Assembly (NCBI GenBank): GCA_977016875.1
Contig: CDRNST010000117.1
Location: 868,001 to 932,000, forward strand
Source of the DNA: Pavona decussata
Taxonomy: Eukaryota
DNA length: 64,000 nt
Reading direction: 5' to 3'
Shown here: piece after piece, positions 35,736-50,087 of the stretch
Layout of the letters: each line of letters opens with the position of its first letter
Position numbering within the stretch: the first letter of the stretch is position 1
Program-made: the position numbers and the translations under genes
The notes under the pieces: model-generated
Databases searched by the model: none
The model's input: the letters and a program-made list of their open reading frames with translations, nothing else
What the model was told of the DNA's origin: nothing

Positions 35736-37408
35736 TCACGGTGGTGATTCAGTCAAGTTCTGAAAATCTGGTAGCCATGAAGAAACTCTTTTCCTCATTT
35801 CTGCTCTCCTAGTTTCCTTTTCTCGTTGTGCTCGTTTCATGGGGATGTATTTCTTCCAGTAGATCATTGCTAGCTTCTTCAATCGCCTGAAAATAAAAAT
35901 AAAACTGTGACGAATGCGCTACCTCAAAAGAATATGAATATTAATAAATGCGAGATAATCACCACTGTGTACGCAACTTAAAAGACTATGTCAGCCGGAG
36001 CACATGCACATTAGAGCCCGGTTAAGACTAATTTACAAACAACTCTTCGCGGGATTTTTGCTTTTCCGCCATTGCAAAAGGTTTCAGAAATATCGCAACA
36101 AACAGCATCCTAAAGTGTGACCATTCAAATGAAAGCTACCGAGCAGTACTTTCTTGTGGTGCTGTTTATTATGCTGTAAATAGTGGTTCTAACTTTAAAG
36201 TCTGTGGGTGAAATCAGCTTCTGAGCAGTGCTACAGTACAGTAAGTATTATCTTAAGTCAGGGTTTGGGAGTGAAAGCGCTCAAATGTAAGAGTGGGTTC
36301 TCTTTTTTTTTCATTACCATTCATCATGCTCTTCAGCTTGTCTTTCCTTCTCCCATAACATGATCTGATGCTCCGTCACGTAATCCTGCCAGTATCTGAA
36401 GTACTTTTTCACAAGATACGACGAGCAGTAATCCTCTGCCACCATCTGCAATCTGACCGCATGCTGACCATACTACAACACAAACGACAACAGAAAGATC
36501 TGAGTGGCCTTTCATGTAATGTTTAAAAAACGAGCAGGAGTGTTTTATTGGGTTTTCGACCCGGTAAAACACGTGCTGCGAATTTTTTGAACGGCTTCAA
36601 AAACATTCCTGGAAAAGCGTGTGTCAATAGAGTTCATAACAATTATGCTTTTGTGAATGTTGGAAATTAGCATACGAGAAAAACACCGCATACTAAAGAG
36701 GAGTGTTTTATCAGCTGATAAAGCACCGCATACTAATAAGGAGGAGGTTTATCGATATAAAGTCACTGCACGTGATGTATTATCGACCATTTGATAGGTC
36801 AATTGGCTTATGAATTATTAATGAGTTTTTAAAGTAAGGCAGAATCCATCTCAGGCTCACTTTAATTTTCGTGCGAATCTGTTGGCGGCACCGGTGACAG
36901 TCTCCACCCTATTTTCTTCAACCCCTCGTTAATGGCGGCTCTGCCACCAAAAGACACGAGCGAAAACCCAAGCAAACGAGCCTACTAACAGACTTAGAGG
37001 AAACCTCCCCTGTTGAAATAAGTTAACGTTAAATTGTCGAAACTACAATCTTATTTTACGTTTTGTTGGAAAACATGGAAATAATATTTCTGTGCTGGAC
37101 AAAGCAGGATTTGATTATCGCTCATATTCGCTTTGAAATTTCCCGCTCGCCGCCTTGTTGGATTTCATGACGTAACACGGTTACTCAATTGTTTCACACA
37201 AAAGAACTTCCGCTCACTAACAATAGCGTTAACCGTATGACGTCATAAAATTCAAAATGGCGGCGCGCGGGAAATTTACAAACGAAAATAGACGATAATC
37301 ATATCTAATTTTTATCACACTTGTTTTCTATTTTTCAAACTAAAATTTAGAATTTCGACATTTCCAACAATTTAACGTCAAAGTTTGTTGTCAGAGCGAA
37401 GGGTCCCT

Positions 37409-37455
<47 letters not shown>

Positions 37456-37564
37456 GCGAGATACTCAGGTTTCCTATGGGTGGTTCCTACTAATACAGGA
37501 ATATTTTTGCGCGGTTTAAAACTATGCGGAGAAAGCAGAACTTACCAAATATCTTTGGGATCTC

Positions 37565-37595
<31 letters not shown>

Positions 37596-37692
37596 CAGAG
37601 AAAATTAAGCTTCAATTAAGCTTCAATTAAGCTTTATATTTTGGCGCTTTTTAGAGATATTGTTGCGTAATTATCTCTGAAAAATGCGTGGT

Positions 37693-37724
<32 letters not shown>

Positions 37725-40700
37725 CCTTGCTAAGATCTGCTTTTCCCGGATAGTCATAAACCGCACAAAAATACTTCGGTATTAGTAGGCACCGTCCTTA
37801 AACAGGCTTCATGGCATGCAGTTCAACAGGCTCAGCTTAGCTCTAGTTTCAAGAAGATATAGTCCCTTCTAAACTTATCCTGATAAATTGAAAACGCATC
37901 TTTTTTCTTGGTTAGTGTGGACGGAGCCTTATCCACTCTGGAGAGCGTTTACAAAAAGATGCGGTGGTCGCAGTGGCTCGTATTACTATAGGAAACGAGA
38001 ATTTGTTCAACCTCGATTCTCTTCAGTGACATATGGAAAACACTCACTTCGTTACCCAGGGCCTAAACTGTGGAATGATCTCGCTCCTAGAATAAGATAT
38101 CAACCCTCTCTGAAGGAATTTAAAAGAGTCATACGTAATCAGGACCTTACTGCCCTAGCTGCAAAGGTCAGCAGCCATCGAGGCTGCAACCTATGCCGAG
38201 AATGACTGTGGTTTACATGATCTTTTTGCGATTGATTGATGTAGAAATTTTTAATATTTTAATATGGTTTTACAATGTAAATTTTAATTCTTTTTTAGCT
38301 AGATTTAGTTAGGCGTCCACTATTAGTAGAGGGGACTTCTTCCCTCAGCAACATTTTTTNNNNNNNNNNNNNNNNNNNNNNNNNNNNNNNNNNNNNNNNN
38401 NNNNNNNNNNNNNNNNNNNNNNNNNNNNNNNNNNNNNNNNNNNNNNNNNNNNNNNNNNNNNNNNNNNNNNNNNNNNNNNNNNNNNNNNNNNNNNNNNNNN
38501 NNNNNNNNNNNNNNNNNNNNNNNNNNNNNNNNNNTTTAGTGTGAACGGAAGGCCAAACCGGAGAAAAAGTATCTAATTTATGCGGCCGGATTCAGTAGTG
38601 TAGATGGGGCCTATGTCGACTGGTAGCGGACACTGTCGGACCGAACGTCATATTTCCGAGAGAAATAAAGAATTGTATAAATATTTAAGTACGCATCAAA
38701 AAAGTAGGACTAACCTTTCTCCATTGTTTCCACGTTCTACGTAATAAAATCCTATTGTATAACGATTCTGCTGCCCGATCTCTCTCTTCCTTCATTTGTC
38801 TCATGTGCTCCAACCAGGGAAAAAAACAACAGGTCAATAAAACTCTGTTGCGATGGAATGTGGCACGTGACATGTTCTCGTGCGTCATCTCTACTAGACG
38901 TCTCCATGGTAACAAGCCAAACTTGACGAGCAAAGTGGTGGCGTAGTGCTGCGTTGCCATGGTAATTTGGTGGCGATTGTGCTGCAGTTGTCGCTGTTTT
39001 TCAAGTTCACGCTGTGAAAGCAAAAGAGTGAAAAAACGTTGGTTGATGGAAAAAATGTTACAAGAATGGATACTCTTGTATCTAATCTATCAACAGTATC
39101 AATCCAATTGGTAGATTACTACATTGGTGTCAAAACAAAGTTGGATAGGTTATGATGTTTAGACAAAATAAATCTTATTTCAAACTTGACAGTAAAAGAA
39201 GTTAAAATCAGAATAATGTATGAGGGAGGCTGTACGACCGCAAACGAGAAAGGAAGGGGAACCAATCCAATTTTTGGAGGGGGGGGGGGAGGGGGTTGGG
39301 CACTTTAATTCGCCACCAAATGCTTTGTGTTAAGTTTCTGTCTCTCGTTGTCAGTATATTTAATTTGTTTCGTTATTTTGCTCCTGCAAAAAAAGCTTTG
39401 CACAATTAATTTTTTTGGTATTTGCTCATAGATTTAATGACCCGTCCTTTACAGGATTGATTGACAAATTGCAAGTAGAAATGAAGCGCTGGAACGATAT
39501 CAAGGGCACGACGGTTCCTTACCTCTCTGGCGACTCGTTTCTCCTCTTTTTTCTTGCGCAAAGCTTCTTGTTTTTCCGCCAACAATTCTGCTTCTTTTCG
39601 TTCTTGTTCCTTTTTGAGAAATGCCTGTCGCGAAGTGAATAATAGTATTTGTCAAAAAAGTGAAGATATCAAGAACGAAAGCTAACACGAACACGCACGA
39701 AACACGCGGGAACACGCATATGCGCAGAACATGCTTTGCTTGTCATTGAACTATTCCTGCGAGAAAATATAGACTGCTTGTAGTGTTGGAGAAATCCAGC
39801 TACTGGAAGTTGTGATGTGCGTGACAAATCGGTCACGCTTTCGTGACAGTGACTAAGCAAGAAAGACTAATCATCTCAGCCATTCAACTTTGCTAGTATA
39901 TTACGAAACATATGAGCACATAAAAATGATTCTCGTACCAGTTTTTCTTCCTCTGCTTTTTTCTTTTTCTCCTCCAGGGTTTTCTTTCGGAGCATGCGCT
40001 GCTGAGCACGTTCCTCCATGGCTTTACAGACAAGAACAGCAGGCGTCAAGTTAGTGAAGTGACAGAGAGGAACAACAACAACCCACAAACAAACAAAAAT
40101 GACAGTGAATGATGTAGTTGCACGCGGCAAGAGTAAACGTGGACAATGTTCTAGGCCAATGACCGCAGTGACACTTAAATCAAGTATAGTATAGACAAGC
40201 TTTTTAAGGGCGTTTCCCTGTGTATCTCAGAGGCTCAGTTTACTTCGGCTGCTGTAAATATACCTCCCTTAAAAATGTTTTGGGCCAAAATGTGCGGCAA
40301 AGATCAGTGTTCAGGGAAACACTATACTAAATCAGAAAAAGGAAATTTTTGCAAAAAGCTACAGTAGTAAAAGGGGCGGTTTGGGTTTTGGTAGACGCCA
40401 GTCAATCAGATAGACTGCAAGCAGTCCCTTTCTGGTCAGTTGAGAGGGTGCGCTCACAGCGCAGCGAGACTGGAGCGAGGAGAAATAAACGACAACGCCT
40501 CTCCCCAAGCCCCCCTCCGCTCGTTTGCTCCAGTTTTTCGCGCTCGGCTATTTCGCGCGACCTTTCGACTATCCAGAAAGGGACTGCTTGCAGTCTATCG
40601 ATCAGATTACAGGGATCGTACTATGAGATCAAAATGGGCTCCAAACCTAGACGACATAAAACTTACCAAGATGAAGGGGTTTAGTGGTGGGCTTCTGTGA

Positions 40701-43700
40701 CTTGACAACAGGTTCCCTTGAGGTGAATTTACTGCGCTCGGTAGAAGTTTTATCATCCGATAAACCACTAAACCCAGATCGCTCTGTTAAAACATTATTA
40801 TCTGTAGATAGAGCATCTTGTGAATCAAGTCTTTCCTCAGATTTACTCCTAGATAAACCAAGATCATCTTTGTCATTGCCACGTTTCTTCTTGTCGTTCT
40901 TTTGCGCAGCAGAATAAAGAATCTCAACGTTTTCTACTTCGCTATAACTCCGTTGTCTTTGAGACCTAATTCTCGCTTCTTTTTCAGTCCTGATATTTTT
41001 CTTCAATGGTTCTTTGGTTTGTTGACTAGTCCAAGTTGGTTTACATGTTGGTGGTTTACTGTTGTTGGCCACATTTCTTGACGAACTTTCCTCTAAAGGT
41101 TTCTCAGCTCTTGTGTGATGTTTATGCGGCACAGTCCTCGTCGGTTGTGCAAAAATTTCATCCTGCAACAAATAGGACAAGTTCAAAGGAAGATTAAACT
41201 AAGAAATAAGGGCACCACGCAGCTCACAGGATTGGACGAGAAAACAGTAGCGGAGAAATGAACAAACAACAGAAACAAGTTATGATAGATCAGAAATTTA
41301 ACTCTGCAGTTTTTGTTCAAATGCTAAAGTGAACCCCATGAATTTCCCACTGAGTGTTAGCCTTTCATCACTTTAACAAACACTGTAGGTTTAATTCTCT
41401 GATCTGTCATTTGTGTCCTTAGTGCTAGCGGCACAACATTCATTTGTCCCAAACAGAAACAATCTACCTTAGCACTGAAACAATAGAAAGAAATTAAGAA
41501 ATTGATTAAGAAATTAAGCATTTACATTCAAGAATTAACTAAAGGTTACACTGTGCGACTTTTATACTCTTCAGTGAAAATTATCGTGTTGAATCGCTCT
41601 GCTAAAATCACACGTGCAGTAGTCTAGAGTACTCTGTTATTTCTCTCAGGGACAGTAGCGGGGGTGAAACACGCGAACACGCGTGTAAATCGCCTCTTGC
41701 GAGGAGACACGACGCGCGTTGGAGGAGAGAATATTTCTTCCGCGAGATGACACGAAGCGCCATGGAGGAGAGAATTTTTCCGCCATTATGATCTACTAAA
41801 ACCTGTAAAAGTTCACCGCTTTTAGGAATTCGTTGTTTGCTGAACTTTGTGATGATTTTACATCACAAATAACTCTTACCACTTTCCTTGCAGTACTCGA
41901 GCTCTGTTCAGCTATGTCATCCTCAATATCCTGTAACTCCAAACTCATACCAGTTCTGCCGCTCTGCTCGCTCCACAGTCTACCAGTAGCTGCTGCTTCT
42001 AACAAAGCAGCCATTTTCTGAGTCTTTCTGTTATGTTCTTCTCTAAGCTGTCTCTCTTCCTGCTCATTTTTGACCCACTGATGCCATGCACGCAAGTAGC
42101 GGGACAGCAAGCGCGTGCGGTGAAATTTTGATGATAGCTGCTCCTTTCTGGAAAAGAAAACGGCAAGAAAATTGAAAATATAAACATGATTCTCTTGCAG
42201 AGCTGTGAATCATCATTCCGATACCAACGCTAAATGAATGCAAGGTAAAAGGCGGACAGGTTAAGATGCACACAAACCACAGGTGGGTTACACATGAGAT
42301 CTGAAGGTTGTTGCTTTGGGGCATGGACTTTCCTACACACTAATTGCAAACAGGAAATGAGAATTGTCACCTGTGCTTTTCTTTCATTTCCATGGTAACA
42401 GCTTGTGCTTCCCTGTCGGATCTAATGTGATTGATGTACGCTCTCCAAGCGTTCCATGCCCTCAGTTTGCAGCGCCAGTCAGACATAGCACGTGCCTTGC
42501 CTACTTTGATTCGCTGCGATGCAACAACTGAATACCAAGCTGAAAAGTACTTCTGAACAAGCTGAAACATGATAAGAACAACACTTTCCATCTCCAAAGT
42601 TAATGAGACACAGTTAATGTTGGTGCCACCTTTTACAAAGCTATTTTTGTGTGGCTCATGACAATGTGGGAAAGCAGATCTTAGCAAGAGCTATCTCTCT
42701 CCCCCACAGAGGCTCTTTCACTCTCTCCAGTGCCTTACTTATCTCTACCCAACCACTGCACTCCTTATTTCACTCTCCTTATTTTTCTTCACTTAAGCAT
42801 GAAAGAGGCCTTTGCGATAGAGAGAAAAGAGCTATTGGAATCCAAAAAGAAAATTGGATGTAACCACCCTTTTTCTCAGAGATGATTAACAAACAGTATT
42901 TCTAAAAAGCTTTATAGTACAAAACAATCTATGGATTTTTTTCTAAATTGAAGTTAAATTATCTTTCAAAAATATGTGGTTACCCCGAATTTTCTTTTTG
43001 GATGCCAATAACAATAAGATTTTCCTTTTCCACATAGCCATAGACCGCGCAAAAACACCTTAAAGTTTATATTATTATTTTTTATTATTTAGTAGTCACC
43101 ATCCAAAAGAAATCAGGGCTCACTGGACCTTGCAAAGATGCGCAGTTCAAACATATGTGCAGTAGCAAAAGGAGGTATTGTCCTTAATAAAGTGTTTAGC
43201 ATCTGTTGCTGAACGAAAGTTTTATGATATCTAGACTTGCTGGGACCATTAAATCTATTCCTTTAAAGTTGCACACAATCTCAAAAGTGTGAAGGCATTT
43301 TCTTTATAGTTTTTGTTTTTTACCCTAAGATTATTGCTGGCCTTTTCAGCTGCCTTTCTTTCCATCTGCTCTAGCAACATTCTCCTCATCTCTTCTTTCT
43401 CTTCAAACTCCTTCCTCTGCTTTTCCATTTTCGTTGTTTGTTCTTCTTCAAGATACTGCCGAGCAAGTAACTCAGCCTCCTGATCTTTACGCCGCTCACT
43501 AAAGTACAATGGATTGTACGGAAATATAGGAAATTCAATTACTTCTATTTGTCACCCTACTTGCAACAAGAGGGATTAAGGTGGAAAAAGGTTTTTAGTG
43601 CTTTATATTTATTTAATATTATTGAGAAATTTCAGTATTCCTAGGGTCTCTGGAAGTCTGGTAGCCTAATAACTTGGCCATGTTACCTAATGCAATGTGT

Positions 43701-46700
43701 GAATCAGAACTTGCTGTCAAAATACACTAGCCAAAGGCTAAAAGTGCTGTTACACTAGGCAATTTTTCTTGCAACTTGTCTCGCAATTTTGTTGAGCCAT
43801 TGTGACACAAGTTGTGCGGATCGTTGCCTGGTGTAACAAATTGCTCTGAAATCAACATGTCTCACTACGTTTTTGTTGCAGTCACTGATGTACAAAGTAG
43901 AATTGACTTCTACTTCTTGCAATGATTCTCATGTGGCAGCAAAAATATTGCGAGGCATGTACATTTCAGGGTTCATTACACTAGGTAATGATTTGTGCAA
44001 CTTGTGTCACAAAGAAATTGCGAGAGAAATTGCAAGAAAAATTAAAATTGCCTAGCATAACAGTCCCTTAATGTCAACCACCAGTGACTGAAGTAAATTA
44101 TAAATGTAAAATTAATAATGTCTTTAAAATTGTCCTAACAATCAAGCTGACAGAATTACTGACCTTTCCACTTTTTCTCTTGCAGCTTTCTTTTCCTCCT
44201 CCATAGCTCGGCGTATCTTTGCCATTTCCTTGTTAATCTCATCTTCCTCTCTCTTGAGCCGTGCTTGTTGTTCCTTCTCTTCTCTGATGATCTGCTGACG
44301 AGCCTCTGCCTCTGCTTGTTTGCGAGCTGAGCGCTCCCTTCTTTTCTTCTCCAACTCTTTTTGTCTTGCCTCACTTTTCTCCTTCACCTAACACAAAAAT
44401 GCCAGAGTTCTAATCATCACACGTTATCACATGATTTTAACATTGGTTGGATATTCATTTAGCATCAAACAACAAACTAACATCCTGGACAAAAGTGTTG
44501 GGATGATTTCAAAACACACCACACCAAATGCCAACCCCCCCCCACCCCTCCCCCATGCAATGTTGGTTTCTCACAGTGTTTACAATCTCCATGATTTCAG
44601 TGACTATCAACATTGCTTTGTGGGAGGGGAGGAGCGTTAAAAAGATTTCCTGTAAAAGTTTAAGCAAACTTAAAGTGACTGTTAAAATGGATGCAGTTTA
44701 CAAAGGCATACTAATTTTGGAAGAAATTTTTTGGGCTTTCCAGGCGCGTAGCTAAGGTTTCGATAGGGGTGTTAGTTGAGCCCCAAATCTTGCTGAGCGC
44801 CAGAGGCGCACTTACTAGGAATTTTTGAAAATCTAGGTTTCCAGAAACCTCATTTCCTGCATTTTGAGACCCATTTTAGGCAAATCACAACTTTGTTTTA
44901 CAGCAGCTTTTTAAGCTATATACATCATTTCGACGGCATAATTGTTTCTACTTAAACAAGAAAGTTCAATGTACATTCCGCGCCCTGTCGACGTCAAGTT
45001 CTGATAGCTATTCGATCTGCCAATAGTCATACACCAAGCTAGTAAACTGCATCATTCTCGGGTGTAGGCCTTCAAACAAATTGACTTTCACTATCTCGTC
45101 AAGATTGACAGGCATATCATATTTGATATGCATTAGAGCCAGGGCGGATGGCCTACTCTCTCCCAATCGTACACCTCATGTAGTTGTTCAACCTCCACAT
45201 TGCGCTAATGGAACGTTCTCAAGTGAATGTTCTCAGGCGAACTTGTACGTAATTGCGCGTGAAACTCAACAAGGCTTGAGCTATAAAGTTTGAAGTGAAT
45301 CACATTCAGAGAACAAAACGTATCGCAAAGCATGCTTTTCTATGGCTTTTTCGGGCGGATGCGTTTTTACCGCAAAAATGAAACGTCATTAAAATTAATC
45401 TCCAAGGGTGCTTGACAATTTTTATTTTTCCTGAGGATAAGACATAAGGCCTAGAGAATGGGTTTATATCTCTATTTTTCTTTGGTTGATGTATTTCGAC
45501 CAGAGGAACTTTATTTAAAAAGTTTTTCTTCCGCCATTATTGATCTTCAAAGGGGGTTCGTTCGAACCCCTCGAACCCCCCCTCCTACCCGCCTGCTTTC
45601 AGAGACCTCTAATGAGGGGATTGGTGCATAATCCCTTTCCGGTGGCCATTTTACCTTTTAGTCATCAAATCAGTCGATATAAGCCCTAACAGTGATCAGT
45701 ATCAAATTTCTCCTTGTAATATCAATGCTTATTCACCCCCTGGGGTAACAAGAATTTAGGATATGATCACCCAAGGTACATTTTCTTGATATTTTAAATA
45801 ATTTCTCCGCAGTACTTTTATAAGAAAAATATTGGGACAAGATAGGAGAATTTGTTCTTTGGTATTAGTGGTTAATGGATAAAATTATTATTGTGGTCTA
45901 TTTTCTGTGTCACCTGTTTATGCCTGAGTTCCATCTTGGGTCTTGGATCTTTTTTCTTTTTGTTCCCATCAAACCCCAGATCATTCAATATGTCTTTCTC
46001 AACAACTTTCTTGTCAAGCATGTCTCGCAGTATTTGCTGTACAGATATCTCATCATTGAGGTCATCATCATATTCTGGACCTGACAAGAACAACCACAGA
46101 AATGAATAAGTAACTGATTATTGTGAGGTGACTTTAACCCTTTAAGCCCCAACCGTGATCAGCATCAAATTTCTCCTTGTAATATCAATGCTTATTCATC
46201 CCTTGAGATCATGAAAATTTAGGATATGTTACCCAAGGTGAATTTTCTTTATATTTTAATAACTTCTCCCAGTACTTTTAGTTTTAATAAAAATTAATTA
46301 TGGGGACAACATAGGAGAATTTGTTCTTTGATATTAGGTTTTGAAGGGTTAATTATACAGGCTTATGAGAATGCTGATAAAAATATGTTTTCCATACCTA
46401 ACTTCAACTTTGTGTTTGTCTAAAATAATGTGAAATTTGTTATACTTCTTATAGTATAGTCATATTTTTACTAATCATCTGGAACACAAGATTGTTTTTT
46501 TCTACCTGTTATTCATTAGGGTGATTTTCATTTGACTTTGAAATGTAGTTTTCACACAAGAACATGACTCAGAGACCAAATGTGAACCATAAAATGACTA
46601 GCTATCAATGCGTGCTAGAATAGACCCTCTCCACTGCAAACGATAAGGCACTAGTATTGAAGTAATGTCATGTCTCACCCATAATATTAAGAGATGGACT

Positions 46701-48169
46701 GTTGTCATGACTGTTCACTGATGTCCAGTCATGTGACTGTAGTAGATGATCACCATAGTCATCTTCACTGGCAGGACCTCTGGCCACTTCTTCTAAAGGT
46801 TTGCTTCTCTGAGCCCAATTTTCTTCTTTAAATTGCACTTCCAGATTAACATTGTCATGCTTTTTTTCGTGCAGCCAGGAATCCAATAAATCTTGGGCTA
46901 CAAACAAAGAAAACAAACAAGAAATTGACTCAGCTTTATGTATCAGTCAGTTCCAAGAGCGCCCATCTCCACCCCCCTCTGGCTGACCCCCAGGCATTTT
47001 TTTTGTCCCACAACCATGACAAAGAAGCTGGTAAAATGCCCCATGGTGCAGTTAAAAAAGGACATTGATTTCTTTGTGAATTGCTGCTAGGTTTACCTGT
47101 TTCTAATAATAAAAGCTTATTCATGCTAAAATAAGTCTTGGATAATTCCTATTTCTTAGTACATTGTGCTGTGGTGGTGACCATTCATTTAGTGGATCTG
47201 TTGTAGGTTAAAATTACCCAACCTTAACAAAGGAAAAATAATACAAATCAACCTAGGTTGAAATCATTTTAACCTTGATTCATTTTAACCTACAACAGAT
47301 CTACCATCTCATTTGTGTCCTCCTCAGATGTAGTTAATCAAGAATTTATAGTCTTTGCTGGTGAACTTTATCACTGAAATAATGAGGTGACAGTATTGTG
47401 AGGTGAAAATCACAAGGCCGTAAAATGCTGTCAAAATACTTGTTGGAAAAATTTCTGGCTAATGCCTGGGAGGGGGGGGGGGGGGGTTGGGCACTGCTGA
47501 TATCGACTGATACATTATTAGTTTAATAGTCAACACACCTGGTTGCAACTAACAAAATTAATAATGATAGTTTATACTGCTTATCTTTCACAAACATATT
47601 CACATATGTTTTACTCATTTTTTGCATGCTTAATTTTTCATCCTGTCTGTTATATCAGAAGTCAATTAACTGTACCTTCCACCAATGCATCATCATCAAC
47701 ATGAACTTGTTCCAGAACACTTTGATAATTGTTTCCAAACACCTCCCTAGCTGCTTCTGTTGAAACTCGCTCTATTCTCTGAAGGATTAAAAAGGAATTT
47801 TAGACTGTTAAACATTAAGGGAAAGACCTTTTTCGAGCGAAACAATGCTTGATAATGACTAAGGCTATCGAGCAGGTGTAAATACATAATTATAAAACGC
47901 CATTAGATGGCGTTTCAAAGTTTAGTAACAATGAGAAATAAAACCACTAGCTTAATGTTATCATATTGAAAAAAAATACCTTGATCCAGTCTTGTACATC
48001 GCCTCTTGAATAGTGCTGTTAAAACAAACGGCGAGAAAAAAATTCATGATCACAATTCTCGAATAAAACTTCAAACAAACGTCAGAATGTTTTGGGGTCT
48101 ATTTTCTCTTACCTCCTTGGGGTTAGTGTGTCGATTCCATTTGAACAAGTTCTGTCTCGCTCCAGCCAT
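35736..48169 (-). CDS. CCDC191: Coiled-coil domain-containing protein 191 (~907 aa, 15 exons)
   Basis: Exons 48169-48113, 48015-47980, 47778-47676, 46897-46679, 46080-45914, 44387-44164, 43498-43324, 42561-42371, 42147-41880, 41162-40667, 40021-39939, 39624-39523, 39011-38715, 36472-36318 and 35886-35736 join in frame. Motifs VQDWIKRIE, EAQDLLDSWL, DPRPKMELRHKQV and WLPDFQ, plus periodic Trp helices, match recalled CCDC191. Confidence 0.88.
36996..37410. mobile_element. Palindromic MITE abutting the next element
   Basis: Inverted arms acgttaaattg / caatttaacgt and cccgctcgccgcc / ggcggcgcgcggg. Confidence 0.6.
37409..37801. mobile_element. TTAA-flanked MITE with GG...CC termini (Kolobok-like)
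   Basis: ttaaggacggtgcctacta ... tagtaggcaccgtccttaa. A degraded relative lies at ~42830-43105. Confidence 0.8.
37980..38359 (+). mobile_element. 3' fragment of a CR1/L2-type LINE
   Basis: FVQPRFSSVTYGKHSLRYPGPKLWN...SLKEFKR...CNLC resembles the C-terminus of LINE ORF2. It is followed by an AT-rich UTR running into the gap. Confidence 0.75.
38360..38534. other. Assembly gap
   Basis: Run of N. Confidence 1.
40411..40597. mobile_element. MITE with ~25-bp perfect TIRs
   Basis: tagactgcaagcagtccctttctgg / ccagaaagggactgcttgcagtcta. Confidence 0.85.
43742..44070. mobile_element. MITE
   Basis: Inverted arms ctgttacactaggcaatttttcttgcaa / ttgcaagaaaaatt...ttgcctagcataacag. Confidence 0.7.
44741..45595 (-). 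mobile_element. Non-autonomous hAT derivative with a 5-bp TSD
   Basis: TIRs caggcgcgtag / ctacccgcctg with CTTTC on both sides. A minus-strand remnant ERSISAM.RL..YMRCT...ALALMHIKYD...HPR matches the hAT dimerisation domain. Confidence 0.82.
45680..46352. mobile_element. Two piggyBac-like MITE copies (~45680-45875, 46134-46352) flanking CCDC191 exon 5
   Basis: Both share gtgatcag.atcaaatttctccttgtaatatcaatgctt...aggagaatttgttcttt, closely matching 11915-12126. Confidence 0.8.
46936..47516. mobile_element. MITE with a nested palindromic MITE (~47192-47303)
   Basis: Outer termini atgtatcagtc / gactgatacat. Inner termini gatctgttgtaggttaaaa / ttttaacctacaacagatc. Confidence 0.7.
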
Positions 48170-49842
48170 CACAGTGTGTTACAGTTTTTGATGGAAACAA
48201 TATTTGAAGTCCGCAGGCCGATGAAATTGGATGGTATTTTCTGATATAAACTTCTCAAACTGTCCGCCATTTTGAAAATACCCATCATGCATTGTTAACC
48301 TAACTCGGGCTCATTCCTCCATCTGAATACTTTTAACCACAGCTCTTAACCGTATGGAACCTCTATGGAACCGTATGCATACTTCAGAGCGGAAAAACGC
48401 AAAAAGCATGCGCGAACTTTGCGTGAGTGCTGGGCACCAAACTGTTTCAAAAATGGCGGCAATTTTAATTTTCTTATTTTCAACAATTTACTATGCTACC
48501 GCAGATATCTCGGTAAGTAGCGATAATTATCCCACACAAGAAGATAGCTGCAGATGTAACCTTGCTGTGGTTCGATTTTCTTAGGGCTTCTTAGACTTTC
48601 AGAAAGATTTTCAAACCTTCATTGTTCCCGCGGCGTGTAAACAAATCGCCTCTACGGGTCTGTTATTGTCATGGACCTTTTTACAAAAAGCGACTATATA
48701 AGCAAACCCCTGAATATTTAAGGTCGAGAGCTCAACCCTGGGTAGAAAAATAGTTAATCGTTAATTACCCAGTTTGCCAAAGTATATAATTGTTTGCCAG
48801 AGTGGATTTTTAATTTTTTTCGCAAGGATCTAATTATTGGTGTCGAGGGAGCAATTTTATGCGATGCGTTACTTTCGATCTCTTAATATATTGTACTGCT
48901 TTATTTCTTTTAGTTTAGTTTATGTCTCTTCAATATATTGTATATTTCTTTTTGTCTTTCACTGCCCGCCTCAATTAACTTTCGCTACTTGCGGTCTTGC
49001 GGTCCATGATAAACACAATCAAAAAGTTTGTTTTTGACACGGGTGTGTGTGCATCCATCTAGTAGGCTCAGGTCAATTACACAACTGTTGTGTAACAATA
49101 TTTATCTGCACAGCTCAACTGAAGGCAGGAAAAATATCTTTACTTACGGAAACTTCCTAAATAATCCCTTTTGTCACTGTGCTTAGCCGCGGAGATTTTG
49201 AATTTGTTTCACAAAGCCTCCCGTGGTCGCACTCTTGCCATCATTCACTCGTCGCGCAATTTTGTTTTAGAAATGAAAAAATAAATGAATAAATGCATCC
49301 AGTGAGCAGAGGTTGACCAGCTGCAATTTTTTAAATAGAATTTTATTTCAATTTCAGTTGTGCTGAGGACAAGTATGAATTGTCTTATAATGAGGAACAT
49401 AGGGAATTAAATAGAGATGAAGCTCGGGTAGCATATAGTTACTAGAAGTGTCCTTTTGCTGTGTTTATAGTCATGTACCGGAACCTGTACCCCAAGTCCA
49501 GTTTTCGTTCTTGTCCTTACACGGTGTTGGTAAAATGCCCGGGACAATTTTATAGCATTTTCGATGAAATTGGTCAAAACGTAGGTGATAAATTGTATTT
49601 TTACCACAAAAGCCACTGCTCAACAACGCCAACGGAAGCGTTTCCAGTTCACTAGCGCCCGCGAACGGATATGCGCAGGAAAATTGCGCAGAACGTTTTT
49701 CCGCTCTGAATATGCATACTAATCTTAACATTGACATATGAAACTTGATGTAAATAAATAAATCTTGATATTTTGTCCCTTTTGTACAAGCATTTCTCCC
49801 TGATCACTGTTTCCGGCCCTGCAAACTGGACCACATTTAAGA

Positions 49843-50087
49843 ATTGGTTCATGTTTAGCATGCGTATATCGAGTTTAATATGGATGCAAGCGGGAAGTTT
49901 GGAGGGAGGGCACGAGAGAAGCGTAAGAGTTACTCAGGGCGTAGCCGAGAGCAACTCTAGCTTGTTGAGTGTTCAAGAAGCTAGAGTTGCTCTCGGCAAC
50001 TCTTACGCTTCTCTCGTGCCCTCCAAACTTCCCGCGTGCATCCATATTAAACTCAATACGATACACGCACGCTAAGCATGAACCAAT
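49843..50087. mobile_element. Branched fold-back element
   Basis: attggttcatg...catgaaccaat with ~90-bp arms and an internal second hairpin. Confidence 0.8.

Noticed and set aside
49357-49655. Possible plus-strand exon divergent from CCDC191
   Set aside because: Contains an in-frame stop, has no recognisable motif and no compatible partner exons.
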